Below are positions 49,647 to 61,602 of a DNA stretch of 64,000 nt, one piece after another. Each line of letters starts with the position of its first letter. The stretch's first letter is position 1. Both the position numbers and the translations under genes were made by a program. A model generated the notes under the pieces. The model ran no database searches, had not been told where the DNA came from, and was given only the letters and a program-made list of their open reading frames with translations. The stretch is from the NCBI GenBank assembly GCA_010015585.1, contig ML975155.1; one strand, given 5' to 3'. The DNA comes from Eremomyces bilateralis CBS 781.70. Its lineage: Eukaryota.

Positions 49647-51222
49647 ATGCCAAATTCATCTCCGCATCGTTTCATGTCTTTCCGAGTCTCTAGCCTAAAT
49701 TTTTCAAACATTTCAAACATTCTCCTCCGCACACGTCCGGTATATCAGAAATTCTCTATGCGAGTCTACACGGGACCATCCACGAAAATGGGAGATATCC
49801 TGAAGGGAAAATACCCGGCAAAGGCGCACGCCAAGCGCGTGGCCGATCTCATCATCGAAAAGGGAGGAGATCCCAAGGGCGTGCTGTACCTGGAGGGAAA
49901 AAAAACCCAGATATACGAAGACAGTGACCAACCCGTGCTCTTCCGTCAACGTCGACACTTCTACTACCTTTCCGGCTGTGATGTTCCGGACTGTTACCTG
50001 ACCTATAGCATGGGCGATGGCATCCTCAAACTATACATCCCACCGATCCATGCGGATGAGGTGATCTGGTCCGGGCTACCGTTGAGCGTAGAGGAGGCGA
50101 CCGAAACCTATGATATTGACGGTTGCGGCTACACCGACGCGTTGAACACCGATCTTGCAGATGCGCAGAAGAGCTCAGGAAGAACGGTCTACGTGATCCC
50201 AGGACAGGTTTCCGACCATGTGGACCTCTCGGCCTTCTCGTCGAAGGACACGAAATCGGTAAAGGGAGCCATCGAGACGTCCCGAGTGCGAAAGGATGAA
50301 TATGAGGTCGCCATGATCCGTCATGCCAACGCCATCAGCTCGGACGCTCATGCTGCCTTGATGAAAGCCGCACCATCCGCGAAAACGGAGCAGGAACTCG
50401 AGGCCGTCTTCCTGAAAGCATGCATCGAGCGCGGAGGTCGCTATCAAGCGTACGACAGCATTGTTGCTGCCGGAACTGCGGGCGCAACACTTCACTACAA
50501 CAAGAACAATGCACCTCTTAAAGGAAAGATGAACCTTTTGATCGACGCGGGTGCGGAGTACCGAACGTATGCGTCGGATATCACACGGTCGTTCCCGATC
50601 AACGGCAGCTACTCCCCCGAGAGCCGGGCCATCTACGACATCGTGCTCGAGATGCAGAACCGGAGCTTCGATGCCATCAAGGCGGGAATGATCTGGGACG
50701 ATGTCCATGCCATTGCCCATCGCGTTGCCATCAAGGGACTGCTGGACATCGGCATCCTCACCGGTGGGACCGTGGACGAGATCTTCGCAGCGAAGACGTC
50801 GGTTGCGTTCTTTCCCCATGGATTAGGCCACCACCTGGGGATGGACACGCATGACTGTGGCGGGAATCCCAACCCCAATGACCCCGACCCGATGTTCCGC
50901 TACCTGCGACTGCGCGGTCATGTGCCGGAAGATGCCGTCGTGACCGTCGAGCCGGGCATCTATTTCTGTCGCTTCATCATCGAACCCTATCTGAAAGATG
51001 AGAAGCACAAGAAGTACATCGATGCCAATGTCCTGGAGAAATACTGGGTCGTTGGGGGAATCCGGATCGAAGGTAGGGCCTCGCCCTGGTGTCAATGTTG
51101 GGAGAGATGGAAATGCTAATATACGAGCAGACAATGTCCTGGTCACCAAGGACGGCCACGTCAACCTCACGACGGCTCCGAAGACGGCTGACGCAGTAGA
51201 AGCCCTTATAAAGGGGGCCTAG
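49647..51222 (+). CDS. pepP: Xaa-Pro aminopeptidase / prolidase (M24B), 1 intron near the 3' end
   Basis: KYPAKAHA, LHY, DAG, SDITR, PHGLGH, TVEPGIYF, GGIRIE-DN; the start may be 49788. Confidence 0.93.
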
Positions 51223-51503
51223 GCTTTCGTGAGATATTGGCGTTTCATAAGTACCAGAAGCCTATTGTACTCAGAGGCTGTTGGCCGAGACAATTCAGCA
51301 CTTGATGGCAGGTGCGGGAACTCCTGCTAAAATATGGCTATAAGACTTCGAGCAAATATCGCTCATTGCAATAATGATTGCGCTCTAACAATCCAAACCA
51401 CGCCTGTGCGGCTACAGACCCCAACTCCACTATGCATCGAATCCAACGGTATGGGTAGGCCGGCCTCAAAAAGCGAACAACGTGACATTACAGATATCCA
51501 ACA

Positions 51504-53447
51504 TCAGTCACCTTTGGCACCTTTTCCATCCCCTTTGCCTTGAAACCGTCCCCGGACCCCTTCATTGTCCCGTAATCCAACGCCTGTCGTCCCACTCGGG
51601 CCATCTGCCGTCCCGTGCTCATCGTTGTCGCCAATCTCAAATGAGTCCATTAACTCGATCAGATCTCCACCACCCCCGTCTCTTAAGCCTTTTCCATCGA
51701 GACCGGCATCTGTGTTTTTGCCCGTTGCCGAGGACTCATTGAGGGCATTCGCGGCCCGTGCCGCCATCTTCCGTAACCATCGCTCCACGTGAACCGGGAC
51801 ATCCTCCAAGTTGGGCCCGCTGGATTGCAGCCCCCCTTGCGCATTGAGTGCCGCGAACTGGCGGTGCCACTCCGCGCCCTTGCCCAGCCCATCCGCGGCG
51901 TCCGATGACCATGTCTGAGGAGGGAAGAACGCCCCGTTTTCGGAGTACCCGCCCGCGTTCCCGCCAAAAGGGTCCTCCGGCGGATGGACATTCGGTAGTC
52001 GATGTCCAAAGAAGCGATTCAGAGGGTCGTCGGCGGGACCGGGCAGACATACGGTATGGTCAAGCGTGCCGACTCCCGGGGTAGTGAAGAAGCGAGGTTT
52101 CGGGCGGGTCGTTGATGTGCTTGTCGACGATAATCGAGACAAGGCGCGGGGTCTAGTGGAGCTTTGTAACGAGGGTCGGGGAGTCCCTGGAGGCGATGAT
52201 GGGGACGCCACATGCGACCCTCGAGATAGTAGATCCGCAATACCTGAGGATCCTTTACCAGCGCCCGCCCGGCCGACGTCCATCGAGCGGCGTGGCGTCC
52301 CCGGCATGCTGGCGTCGGTATAGCTCTGCGATTTTCTTCGCGGCGGGGGGAAGAATCCCATTGATCTTCGTGGAAGGCGCACAATTTCAATGGTCTTCTT
52401 GCCATTGGGTAAGAGAACCCATGATTCGTGTTTCCATGGCGGTTCGGCACTCTCGGTGGGTACAGGCTCCGGAATGTTTCCGTTCTCCGACAGGTGCCAC
52501 CCGTTCGTTTTGGGGGGGATTTCTTGGATGGATGGTGTGCTCCGTCTGGTCGAAGGCAACTCATCGCCTTCTAAGAGCAAGTCCTCTTCAGTCGTGTCGT
52601 GCGGCTCTACGACCCGCTGTCCCTTCACATTCGAGGACTCTACGGGGACTAAGATATGTTTGCGGGTCTGAATCGAGTCGTTGATCCACATCCGGTTCGC
52701 CCGTCGTAGCGTCGACAAATCGCAGCCATACTTGATGCTGAGGCCGGGTAACGTATCGCGAGGTTGAACCAGGTGCAAGTACACCAGCGCGGCTTGGCCT
52801 GCCTGCTCCTCGGTCCCGGGAGTGTCTGTGCTTTGATCGTCTGAGTTCCTCCGCTTGAACCGTCCCATGGTATCTGGTTGCGCGCTGCCGTATAATAGAT
52901 CGCGTTTCTTCAGTGCCCGGGCCTTCGCATCCATGTCCTCCCGTATACCAGGCGAACTCTGCGATCGGCTGGAGGGACCCCATTTAAGCGGAGTGTCTCT
53001 GCTCCGGGAAATGTGAGGTTGTTCCGGCCGTTTCCTTCGCTGAGGTGGTGTGGGAGGGTTAGGCGAATCGCTGCCAAGCATAGTCGATGCCAGGCCTTGG
53101 ATGGACCCCCATGAGGTGCTCCAAAGTGACGAGAGCGCCCCTGAAGAGACCTGGCGACGCCCGGGAGTGAAACCTTCGTCCACCTCCAACAGAGGCGAGG
53201 GCCGGAGGTTACGGTTTGCGGCGGTACGGGACGGATGTGTACTGGGAATGGGAGAGGCGGATCGGGAGTGGAAAGGCGAGTGTGGACTTCGTCCCGGTGA
53301 TGGAACACGGCTGGAGGGACTGGTGACCAGTTCTTCATCCAAGCCGGAGATCAATCTTCGTGTCCTCGGCCGGAGGGAAGAGGCAGACTCCATTGCGCCT
53401 GCCTCCCATTGCGAGCTGGGTTTCGTAGCATGACTGTTAGAAGTCAT
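51504..53447 (-). CDS. Intracellular single-LysM-domain protein
   Basis: YLHLVQPRDTLPGLSIKYGC...LRRANRMWINDSIQTRKHILVP; no signal peptide. Confidence 0.8.
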   Translation of the reverse strand: MTSNSHATKPSSQWEAGAMESASSLRPRTRRLISGLDEELVTSPSSRVPSPGRSPHSPFHSRSASPIPSTHPSRTAANRNLRPSPLLEVDEGFTPGRRQVSSGALSSLWSTSWGSIQGLASTMLGSDSPNPPTPPQRRKRPEQPHISRSRDTPLKWGPSSRSQSSPGIREDMDAKARALKKRDLLYGSAQPDTMGRFKRRNSDDQSTDTPGTEEQAGQAALVYLHLVQPRDTLPGLSIKYGCDLSTLRRANRMWINDSIQTRKHILVPVESSNVKGQRVVEPHDTTEEDLLLEGDELPSTRRSTPSIQEIPPKTNGWHLSENGNIPEPVPTESAEPPWKHESWVLLPNGKKTIEIVRLPRRSMGFFPPPRRKSQSYTDASMPGTPRRSMDVGRAGAGKGSSGIADLLSRGSHVASPSSPPGTPRPSLQSSTRPRALSRLSSTSTSTTRPKPRFFTTPGVGTLDHTVCLPGPADDPLNRFFGHRLPNVHPPEDPFGGNAGGYSENGAFFPPQTWSSDAADGLGKGAEWHRQFAALNAQGGLQSSGPNLEDVPVHVERWLRKMAARAANALNESSATGKNTDAGLDGKGLRDGGGGDLIELMDSFEIGDNDEHGTADGPSGTTGVGLRDNEGVRGRFQGKGDGKGAKGD

Positions 53448-54044
53448 GTTGGCTGCGGTGAGCCACGCGGCCACAAGCGAGAGTCGTCTCGAGGCATAGA
53501 GATGCTGCGGAAATCCAGGATTGGGGTCCGATTATGGGATGGAAGAATCAATCAGAAACAAAAGCAGAATCATTCGGACATTGGGGCCATATAGCAATTG
53601 TAGGTTGGGGTCTGGGGGATGAGAAGATGCGACGTGGGAGGCGGACGGAAGTGGTGAAGCCCAGACATTATCGCCGTTGCAACGTCATTGGCTGCGTGAT
53701 CCCCGCCGAGGCTCCCACGTACTAATTCAACGAAGAGAACGAAGGGAATGAAGGGAATGAAGGGAGTAAATGGAATGGTTCGAAGCATTGAGTGGATTTC
53801 TTCAATTCTAGAACTACATTAAGCTACGTAATTGAAAATCCGGTCGACAATGCATTACTGTTCCTCATGTTTTCTGGGGAACTTTGAACCTGTCGTCGGG
53901 ATATATCTGTCAGATGCGTCAATCCCTTTTCGCATAATATACAAACCTGGCGTCTGCTACATGGTACGGCCAGTTCAGAACCCCAGATCTGGACGTCTCC
54001 TACATCTACCGATACCATGCCCTAACTCCGCCCAACCGGTGCTA

Positions 54045-55520
54045 TCAGAATCGACCAGATTCCCTTCTGCCCTCATCTCCGCCTCCCAGTCGTGAAAGAG
54101 CGGAAGGGGTGCTCATCCTCTTAAAGGGGCTCCTTTCACGGCCTGTGCGCGCATCGCCTCTCCCGGTATGCTCGTTCGCGTTCCTCAGATAATTGGCGGA
54201 CGCGGCTTTCCGCAGTGGGCTGGCCGCATGGGTGTAGACTCCAAGACTCCCCCCTTCTCCTCCGCCATCGTGAGCTTTCCTCGGACTAGGATGCAGCGGC
54301 TGGAATGATTGCAAAATGGGTTGAGCTCGAGGATTCGGAGGCGGTCGAATCGGTGATGAGAAATCGGGTCCGGTGGAGTATGTGCTGGTCTGCGTGCTAG
54401 TTCCCGTAGGATGCATATAACCGTTCATTGGTGTTCTCAATACGGGTGTAGCCAACGGCCGTGGCGCGTTCTGTCGCTCGCTCCGACCTTTCAGAACATG
54501 ATCTGGGTCATACTGCTGGGCATACGCGGGATTCGGATGGATGTGGAATCCCCGATTGATGATGGTAGTCGGTGTATAAGTGTCCACTTCTGAACGTGCT
54601 TGCCCCTTTTTCCGCTCCGGCTCGTCACCACTCCGGTCCGGTGTTTGAATTCCAACATCCCTGACCGGCCGGTTGAGGTTAGGCCGGACAAACTTAAGAT
54701 CGTATTCATTCATCACCGCCTTGTGGATAAATGCACTATCTTTGGATTGTTCTGCAAAGAACACTCGAACGAGAGTGAGCTGAGTTGATAGCAACCCGGA
54801 AAGCAGCATGGTTGTGAAGACTGTGACGCTCGGTCGGGGGTCCAAGGGAGTAGTAGGGAGGAATAGATAATAGACGAGCACATGTCCTGGACTGAACAGA
54901 CAGAAGAGACGCAGGCAAATCGGCGTTGGGTCCCATACCGCTACTTGCCACACCTCTTTTTCGGGGTCAGGGTGGGCTCGGCCCTGAGCTGTTGTAGGCC
55001 CGATAATGTTCGATAGGAATCGTAATGGTGAAGATACAGGACTGGAGTCCACGCGTACTCGCTGAGCGGACGGAGTTGCGGGGATCTCGTTGATAGGATT
55101 CTCGAACAGTCGATAGTGTCGACGGCGGTAGAAGGTGTAGAAGGCGTTGGCTGCTGAGAAGACGACTAGGACCAGAACTAAAAACTCGCACTGGACAGAA
55201 GCCGTCAGTAAGATCGTCCTTGGCTTCTCGTAGGTAGGCAAACTGAAAGGAATTGCCAGACCACATACCAACCAAGCACCAAGTCCACCCCCCGAATCGT
55301 ATTCTCCAAAGACATCGTCACGACCTCCGTTAGAAGAATTTGCCTTCGCAACCATGAAGACAAGATTGAGAACAACGCCAATCGGTAGCGCCCATCGCTT
55401 CTGGTGTTCATCCCAGTCATTACTGTTCAGCTCTTCTAGTAACCATAGCAGGAAATCCCACGGATTAAGGTAAGCCTGGAGCCGCTCCATAAGCGGTGCG
55501 CGTCGAACAAGTCGCGGCAT
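54045..55520 (-). CDS. Nuclear rim protein Nur1/Mug154 family
   Basis: MPRLVRR..LNPWDFLLW, two TM segments, RRRHYRLFE, VWDP, LFSPGH; intron 55268-55191. Confidence 0.85.
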   Translation of the reverse strand: MPRLVRRAPLMERLQAYLNPWDFLLWLLEELNSNDWDEHQKRWALPIGVVLNLVFMVAKANSSNGGRDDVFGEYDSGGGLGAWLVCGLAIPFSLPTYEKPRTILLTASVQCEFLVLVLVVFSAANAFYTFYRRRHYRLFENPINEIPATPSAQRVRVDSSPVSSPLRFLSNIIGPTTAQGRAHPDPEKEVWQVAVWDPTPICLRLFCLFSPGHVLVYYLFLPTTPLDPRPSVTVFTTMLLSGLLSTQLTLVRVFFAEQSKDSAFIHKAVMNEYDLKFVRPNLNRPVRDVGIQTPDRSGDEPERKKGQARSEVDTYTPTTIINRGFHIHPNPAYAQQYDPDHVLKGRSERQNAPRPLATPVLRTPMNGYMHPTGTSTQTSTYSTGPDFSSPIRPPPNPRAQPILQSFQPLHPSPRKAHDGGGEGGSLGVYTHAASPLRKAASANYLRNANEHTGRGDARTGRERSPFKRMSTPSALSRLGGGDEGRRESGRF

Positions 55521-55917
55521 GATGGAGGTTGGAGAACGTGGGGATTTCAAGGGTTCGCTCCTGTTCCATAGTTTGGTAAATGTGGTTCATGGAGGAAGTC
55601 CATGTTCAGATATCAGGGTCAACATTCTCTGGCCGCATCGTTGTGAACGTGTTGATGGGAGCATCCAATGTTGTTTACGGGCAATTTGGCGGACGACAAC
55701 CTGATAGCTTCATCTGCAGTTCACTAGGAAGCTCTCCAGCCAATCACGTGCTGAGGCCCATGATACAGGTATGAAAGCGCCACCCTTCTCTCTACTATTC
55801 AGTTGCTCACATTTACAGTTACATCAAGTTCCTTTCTCGACGATTTCAGACTTCTAATTGGAGAAGAATCCATTGTCGAAACAGTTCGGCCAGATTTAAG
55901 CTCCGAACCCTTCATCG

Positions 55918-56453
55918 ATGGCGTCAAACGCCGAATATAAAGACCGGCAGTTCCTCGCTGTAATAGGGGACGAGGTAATCCCTCTCTCCTCTTTTCCGTT
56001 GATATTACTCTAGACTCACTTTCTTCAGGATTCTGTGACCGGCCTGCTTTTGGCAGGCGTTGGTGTACGTATAATTTGTTCGAGGAAAAGCATAGGACCG
56101 TACTAAAGAGGATCAAGCATGTCACCCAAGGAGCCGATGCGCAGAAGAACTTCCTCGTTGTCGATGCCAAAACGGAGAGTGCCGTGATCGAAGCCGCCTT
56201 CGACAGATTTACGCAGGAGAGGAAAGACATTGCGATCTTGTTGATCAATCAACATGTATGATATACGCATCCCATTGCCGAGATGTGCCCAGGTGCTGAT
56301 CGGCGTTCTCAGATTGCCGATAAGATACGACACCGTGTGGACACATACACGGCGGCTTTCCCATCATTGTTGGAAATTCCGGCAAAGGACCATCCGTACG
56401 ATCCTGAGAAGGACAGTGTCCTGAAGCGAGTGCGGCGTCTGTTTGGAGAGTAG
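55918..56453 (+). CDS. VMA7: V-ATPase subunit F, 3 introns
   Basis: FLAVIGDE / [12 protein letters not shown] / [13 protein letters not shown] / [28 protein letters not shown]. Confidence 0.97.
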
Positions 56454-56945
56454 ATTTGGTGGATCTACTCCCGATTTCTATTATAAGCGTTGGCTTTGTC
56501 TACATGAGCTCAGAGAGGATGAACAACAGCCTCTAAAGGTCAGATGCCATTTCTTGTAGTACAGTGATACCGTGGTGTGCTCCCACGGGGTTTGAGCGGG
56601 GTCTGATTAACAGGATTTGGTATGGCTACGGACTACGCTAAGGCGTGCTATCATCCCCACGAATATTAGATGGAACTTGAACGTCATATGTAATGCGAAC
56701 CTCAAATTATTCGCCCAGGGACAGAAGAACAATCGCTATTCGTGACAAATGTTGTGGAACAGTAGTTGAAAGGCCGCTCGCAAACCAATACAAGAAACAT
56801 GAGCAGCCAGTGATGCTGCTGGCACAAGATCGATCCACAATGCACGTCCCAGTCTACAGTAATGCGTAATTGCGTATGCTATCGGTATGACGGAATCTTC
56901 CAAGGTTTCCCAGATATGGAAAGGAATACAGACAACAACATCTTA

Positions 56946-57656
56946 TCAGCCACGGGTGAAATTGACTTTGGCCGTCAGGCATGTGATCTTCTTGCCGTCC
57001 TTACTCAAGACATCGGCAAGCACAGTATAATGGCCCTACGGACGATGTGAGTTAGCAGGGTGTCGGTGAGGGATTTGACGGAAGGCCATGATGTTCGGAC
57101 ATAGTTTCCGAGGTGGCGGGGAAGACTCACCGGAGGAATCTCTCGCGGAAGATTGACATCTTTGGTGAATGTAAGAGCTCCAGCTTTGAGGGGACATTGG
57201 AGGTCGACATTCTTGATCTGCTCGCAGAGATTGGCGTCTTGGTTTATGAGGGTGATGAGGCCGTATTTGACTCGAAGGTGGACTTTGGCACCATCTTCGA
57301 CGTCCTGCTTCAAAGTCCCGCTCGCAGCGATGGTCAATGTCGCGCCCCTTGAGGAAAAGTAGTGTTAGCCAGAAGGTAGGTATTCGTTGGTCCCTTTGTG
57401 AATGGGCGGTGGCAGGGTGATCTGAAGGAACAACGTACGGTTGGGGAGGATTGGGGAACAAATCCACCTGGTCTATCTTCAGGATATCCCGCGACGGATC
57501 ATCGCAGAAGCACAGCGGATTGTCGCCTGGAACCTCGATATCCTCATTCAAATGAACCTGGCTTGAGCTTCCTCCAAGTCCCAAGCCTAGGAATGGCTGG
57601 TTGGCGGCAACGGCACTGGCAAGAACCAGGGAGACAAGAGGTGTTGTGAACCTCAT
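56946..57656 (-). CDS. NPC2: PG/PI transfer protein (ML domain), 2 introns
   Basis: Signal peptide, VPGDNPL, PNPP, VKYGLITL, CP, LPREIPP-GHY, ITCL. Confidence 0.93.
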
Positions 57657-59317
57657 TGTTCCTGAGGAGACGAGAGTAAGGAAGGATTCAAGATGACAAT
57701 GGGATGTAGATAGTAAGTCCTGTAGGGATAACTGAAAGTACGTGTACAGTGTAGACTATGATATGAGACAATCAGATATCACATCAAGAGTAGTTGACGG
57801 TTGAATAGAGAGAGCGGAGTATAGTTGGGGGAGGCAATGTCGCGATGATGCCCGGCCGATGCAGGGATCATGACACTGGTTCTTCATTGGTTAATCAACG
57901 GTCACAGCCATTGGTTACCGTACACTTTGTGTTACTAAACCATGTACGGAAATTTTTGATACCGACTGCTATTAGCCATTAGGTAATCTGCCCCGCACGT
58001 GCTGAGCTGCCTGGGTTTATGAATGCCTTCATGCCTGTGGTACTCGAATGCCTGTCCAGCAGCGAATCTGACTTCGAAATTCTAACGTCCACTGTCTCCC
58101 ACGGCCGTCCAGGAAAGGGGAGGACCTGAAATTTGTTTCATTTACAACTTCGTATTGGGACGTACGCAACTAGTGAGCTATTTTATTTCTACAGGAATTC
58201 CCTATTTCAACCGTAACTGTATAGAGGCTAATCGTCAAGCGTGGATATCTCTGTCTTGAAATGGGGCTCGGCCGAGATAACCCATTGAACCCCTTCTGGG
58301 CGCAATTATGCAGCAAGCCAGTCATTGGAGGAATCAATCAGGAGTAAATATCTTCTGAGGTTCTATTCAACAAGCTGATCTTGATCCCAAAAGCTGTTGT
58401 ATCCTTTGATGGCTCATTGCTGTAAGCGTCGGCATTCAGTTGTTCTTGTTTCCTGACAGGGGTGTCCAAACATTGTAGATGTTTGGTGTCGTGATACAGC
58501 ACTTCAAAACGATTTCTTTTTTGTGATTTCACTAGAAAGAGTCAATTTGAACAAGCTAACAGTGTCCCTGATTTCTTATTCGTTTTCATTGTAATATTGG
58601 CGAATTTCAGTACTATGGGTCACTATCTGTCATCATCAATCAAAGTCGAAATCATGAACATCTAGATCCGTAGTTCCGTTCTCAGCATGTTTTTTAAGAA
58701 TCACCCTGCAGGTCATTTCACAATGAATTCAGAGCATTTATGGGGCCGATCCCATGATATGTCAGAGGCTACAGCCTGATACTGGAATGTCTGTCGCGGC
58801 TGTAGAGTTCCATCATCGGTCTAACTACTGCTGCCTACATCGTTACTGACCCCCAAGTGGATGTACATTCCAACCCTTGCTTCACTTCTAACCTCATACT
58901 ATATAGTACGATGACCAGCAAGTGCTGCTGGGACTTCACTGACTTGTGAACTGTGCTGAACGTCGGATTCGGATTCGATACTGAATAGCATCCGAGGTCT
59001 GGCCGTATCAAGTCACGTGGTACAGATCCCAGCAACCAACCAATCAGCGCCGACATTCTTTGTATTATGGGACCAACCTTTCCCGATTCTCTCATTCAAA
59101 CCACAACAACCCTCCCGTCACTTGCCTCTTCAACCTTCCACATCCAACCACCCGACTTCCCGCCGCTTGTCATTTCTGAATCGCAACAACTCACATCATC
59201 GACCACCACCACCCATCAGAACATCGTCTGTCCCTGCGACCGGACTCCGCCGATCCATCATCGATAAGCTTATTCTTTGAAAAGAATTCATTCTCCGTTT
59301 CCGGAAAATCGTCCATC

Positions 59318-60062
59318 ATGCCGGGTGGAAAAGGTACGCGCATCTCACAACTGGGTGTATTACTACATGCTCCAGCAATCAGCTTCAGCTCCTTCATTTA
59401 GTTTGCGCTCTCTCTGACGCTCGTTTCTGCATAATATAGGCAAAACTGGTGGCAAGACGGGCGGAAAGGCCGACTCGAACTCCAAGACACCCAAATCTCA
59501 CTCCGCAAAAGCTGGTCTTCAGGTATGTACCATGATTTCTATTTTATATGCGACTGCCATGGAGGCATCTTTTACACGTGGCGATTTCATCGATGACTTC
59601 GAGCGCCGTCAAAAGTGGACGCGTCGAACGCGTCAAAAGATGGTGCAACCAAAATATCGCTGTCGCGGGGCACTTGAAGTCCACGTTCGCATCATCAATA
59701 CGCGTCCAGACTATATGACTAACATCTCGCTTTCCCTCCAGTTCCCATGCGGTCGTATCAAGCGTCACCTGCGCAACATCACGCGTCAGAAGACCCGCAT
59801 CGGCGCCAAGGCGGCCATCTACCTCACCGCGGTCCTCGAGTACCTCACGGCCGAAGTGCTTGAGCTGGCAGGCAACGCGGCCAAGGATCTCAAGGTCAAG
59901 CGCATCACGCCGCGCCACCTGCAGCTCGCCATCCGCGGCGACGAGGAGCTCGACACCCTCATCCGCGCCACCATTGCATTCGGTGGTGTTCTTCCGCACA
60001 TCAACCGCGCCCTGCTGCTCAAGGTCGAGCAGAGGAAGAAGACCAAGGCGGTGGACGCGTAA
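59318..60062 (+). CDS. HTZ1: Histone H2A.Z, 2 introns
   Basis: MPGGKG / SHSAKAGLQ / FPCGR...[36 protein letters not shown]. Confidence 0.98.
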
Positions 60063-61602
60063 ATCGTATTACTGGATGGTCACCGAGAGACTCATCACAG
60101 CGCGAGTCGGAAATGGACGCGTTTTCGTGTGGTGAGGGATAAGCGACCAGCTCGGGATGGGGATACGCGTTGTATGATTTTCTCATGGGCGCTGCCGGCG
60201 CGAGGAGTACATGGGGGGCCTGGGTGTGGAAAACTCACGGGACGCGCTGCGAGTGCGAGTTAGTGGATCTTTACCCCGTTGTTGCTTTGCTGTTTGTTTG
60301 TTTATTCTTTACGTGCTTTCGTTCCTCTCCTGCCCGGTCGTCTACCGGCTGGGATGCGTGGGACATGTAGTGTCTATGAAATCCGGTTCATCACACCCAT
60401 TGAATTTGGTTCACATTAGTGGCGGATGCAAGCTTGTGACGACGATGACCGAGACCCTATACTGGCATGCGGGACGCTGTCATAGATGTCACCACCCTCA
60501 AGGTCAATAATGTGGATTGATAAAACTTATTCATTAAACGATCTGGATATAATGAATTCCCACTGCCTACTTCGCCCTGAGGACGACGCCTCAGGATTCA
60601 GTAGGGAGGAAGAATCGGTATGAGTAACGTACAACTGCCAGCGACGGGCCGCAAGAAACAGAAAGGATTGGATGAGCGGCGCACATGCGAATGTATCGTA
60701 CGGCGAGGAAGATCCGCGGGACCGATGTTTAAAACTCAAATACAAAATCACAATGCGCCGCTCCGATGAAGAAAAAGCGAACACACCATCGGCTTACCAT
60801 GCCCTGAACAAAAAGGCAGCACCATGGATACATGCAATGCGTGATAACTGAAGCGAAATAAATCCCATGGCCGTTCAGATCCGACCCCACATCCAGAGTC
60901 AGGCGGGTGTACATGGTAAGAATCAGAATCAGATTCCATGGCTGATGGTTCAGATAACACGGTGCAAAATGGAGAAAAAAAGTTTTGAGTGTAAACAACC
61001 AGCAAGCTCTGGGAGACCCGAACCCGCATGGCAAAGCAGGAAGCAGTAGCAAACAAACAAAGTGCGTATTGAATTCATGTCCGGCTCCGAACCGCCCGTC
61101 CTCGTCTTTCCACCTATCGATTTCAAGAGATTAAAGGAGGCGCGAGCCTATTCTTTGTTATCTTTCCCATGTCTTCTACCGTTGCACATGTCCCCGAATT
61201 TTGGAAAGGGGGGTGTCAATCGCCCAATGCTGTCGTCATGGGGAATTGGTTTTTTCGGTCGTAGCATCGTCGTTCGTATTCTTCGTGAGAGGGAGGATCC
61301 ACCTCCACAGCTTCGTGTCAGGAACCATTGAGGATGGCGGCAAAGGTCCGTTCCATGCGAACCGTCGACGCGGTTCGGATGAAACGGACGGTTTGCAACC
61401 ATTTGTTGTCGTACTTCCTTGATTCATTCGTCATTGCGTCCCCAACGCCTGTGCCGTCGTTCGTTATCAAGAGAGTTCTAATCACGGGTCCATCATCCAC
61501 ACGAGGGACGATGGGCGTGGGAAGGGGTATCAATAGATATCGAGTCATCGCTTTGAAGGTCGAAATCACGTCCTCAGATCAGAAAGCGGCCGTCGAGTCC
61601 CC

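Noticed and set aside
50175..50819. Long antisense ORFs over pepP, GMC, PIN4-like and others
   Set aside because: Expected shadows of GC-rich biased codon usage; no domain features
53727..53770. GAAGGGAAT 9-bp repeats
   Set aside because: About three short copies; ordinary promoter low complexity
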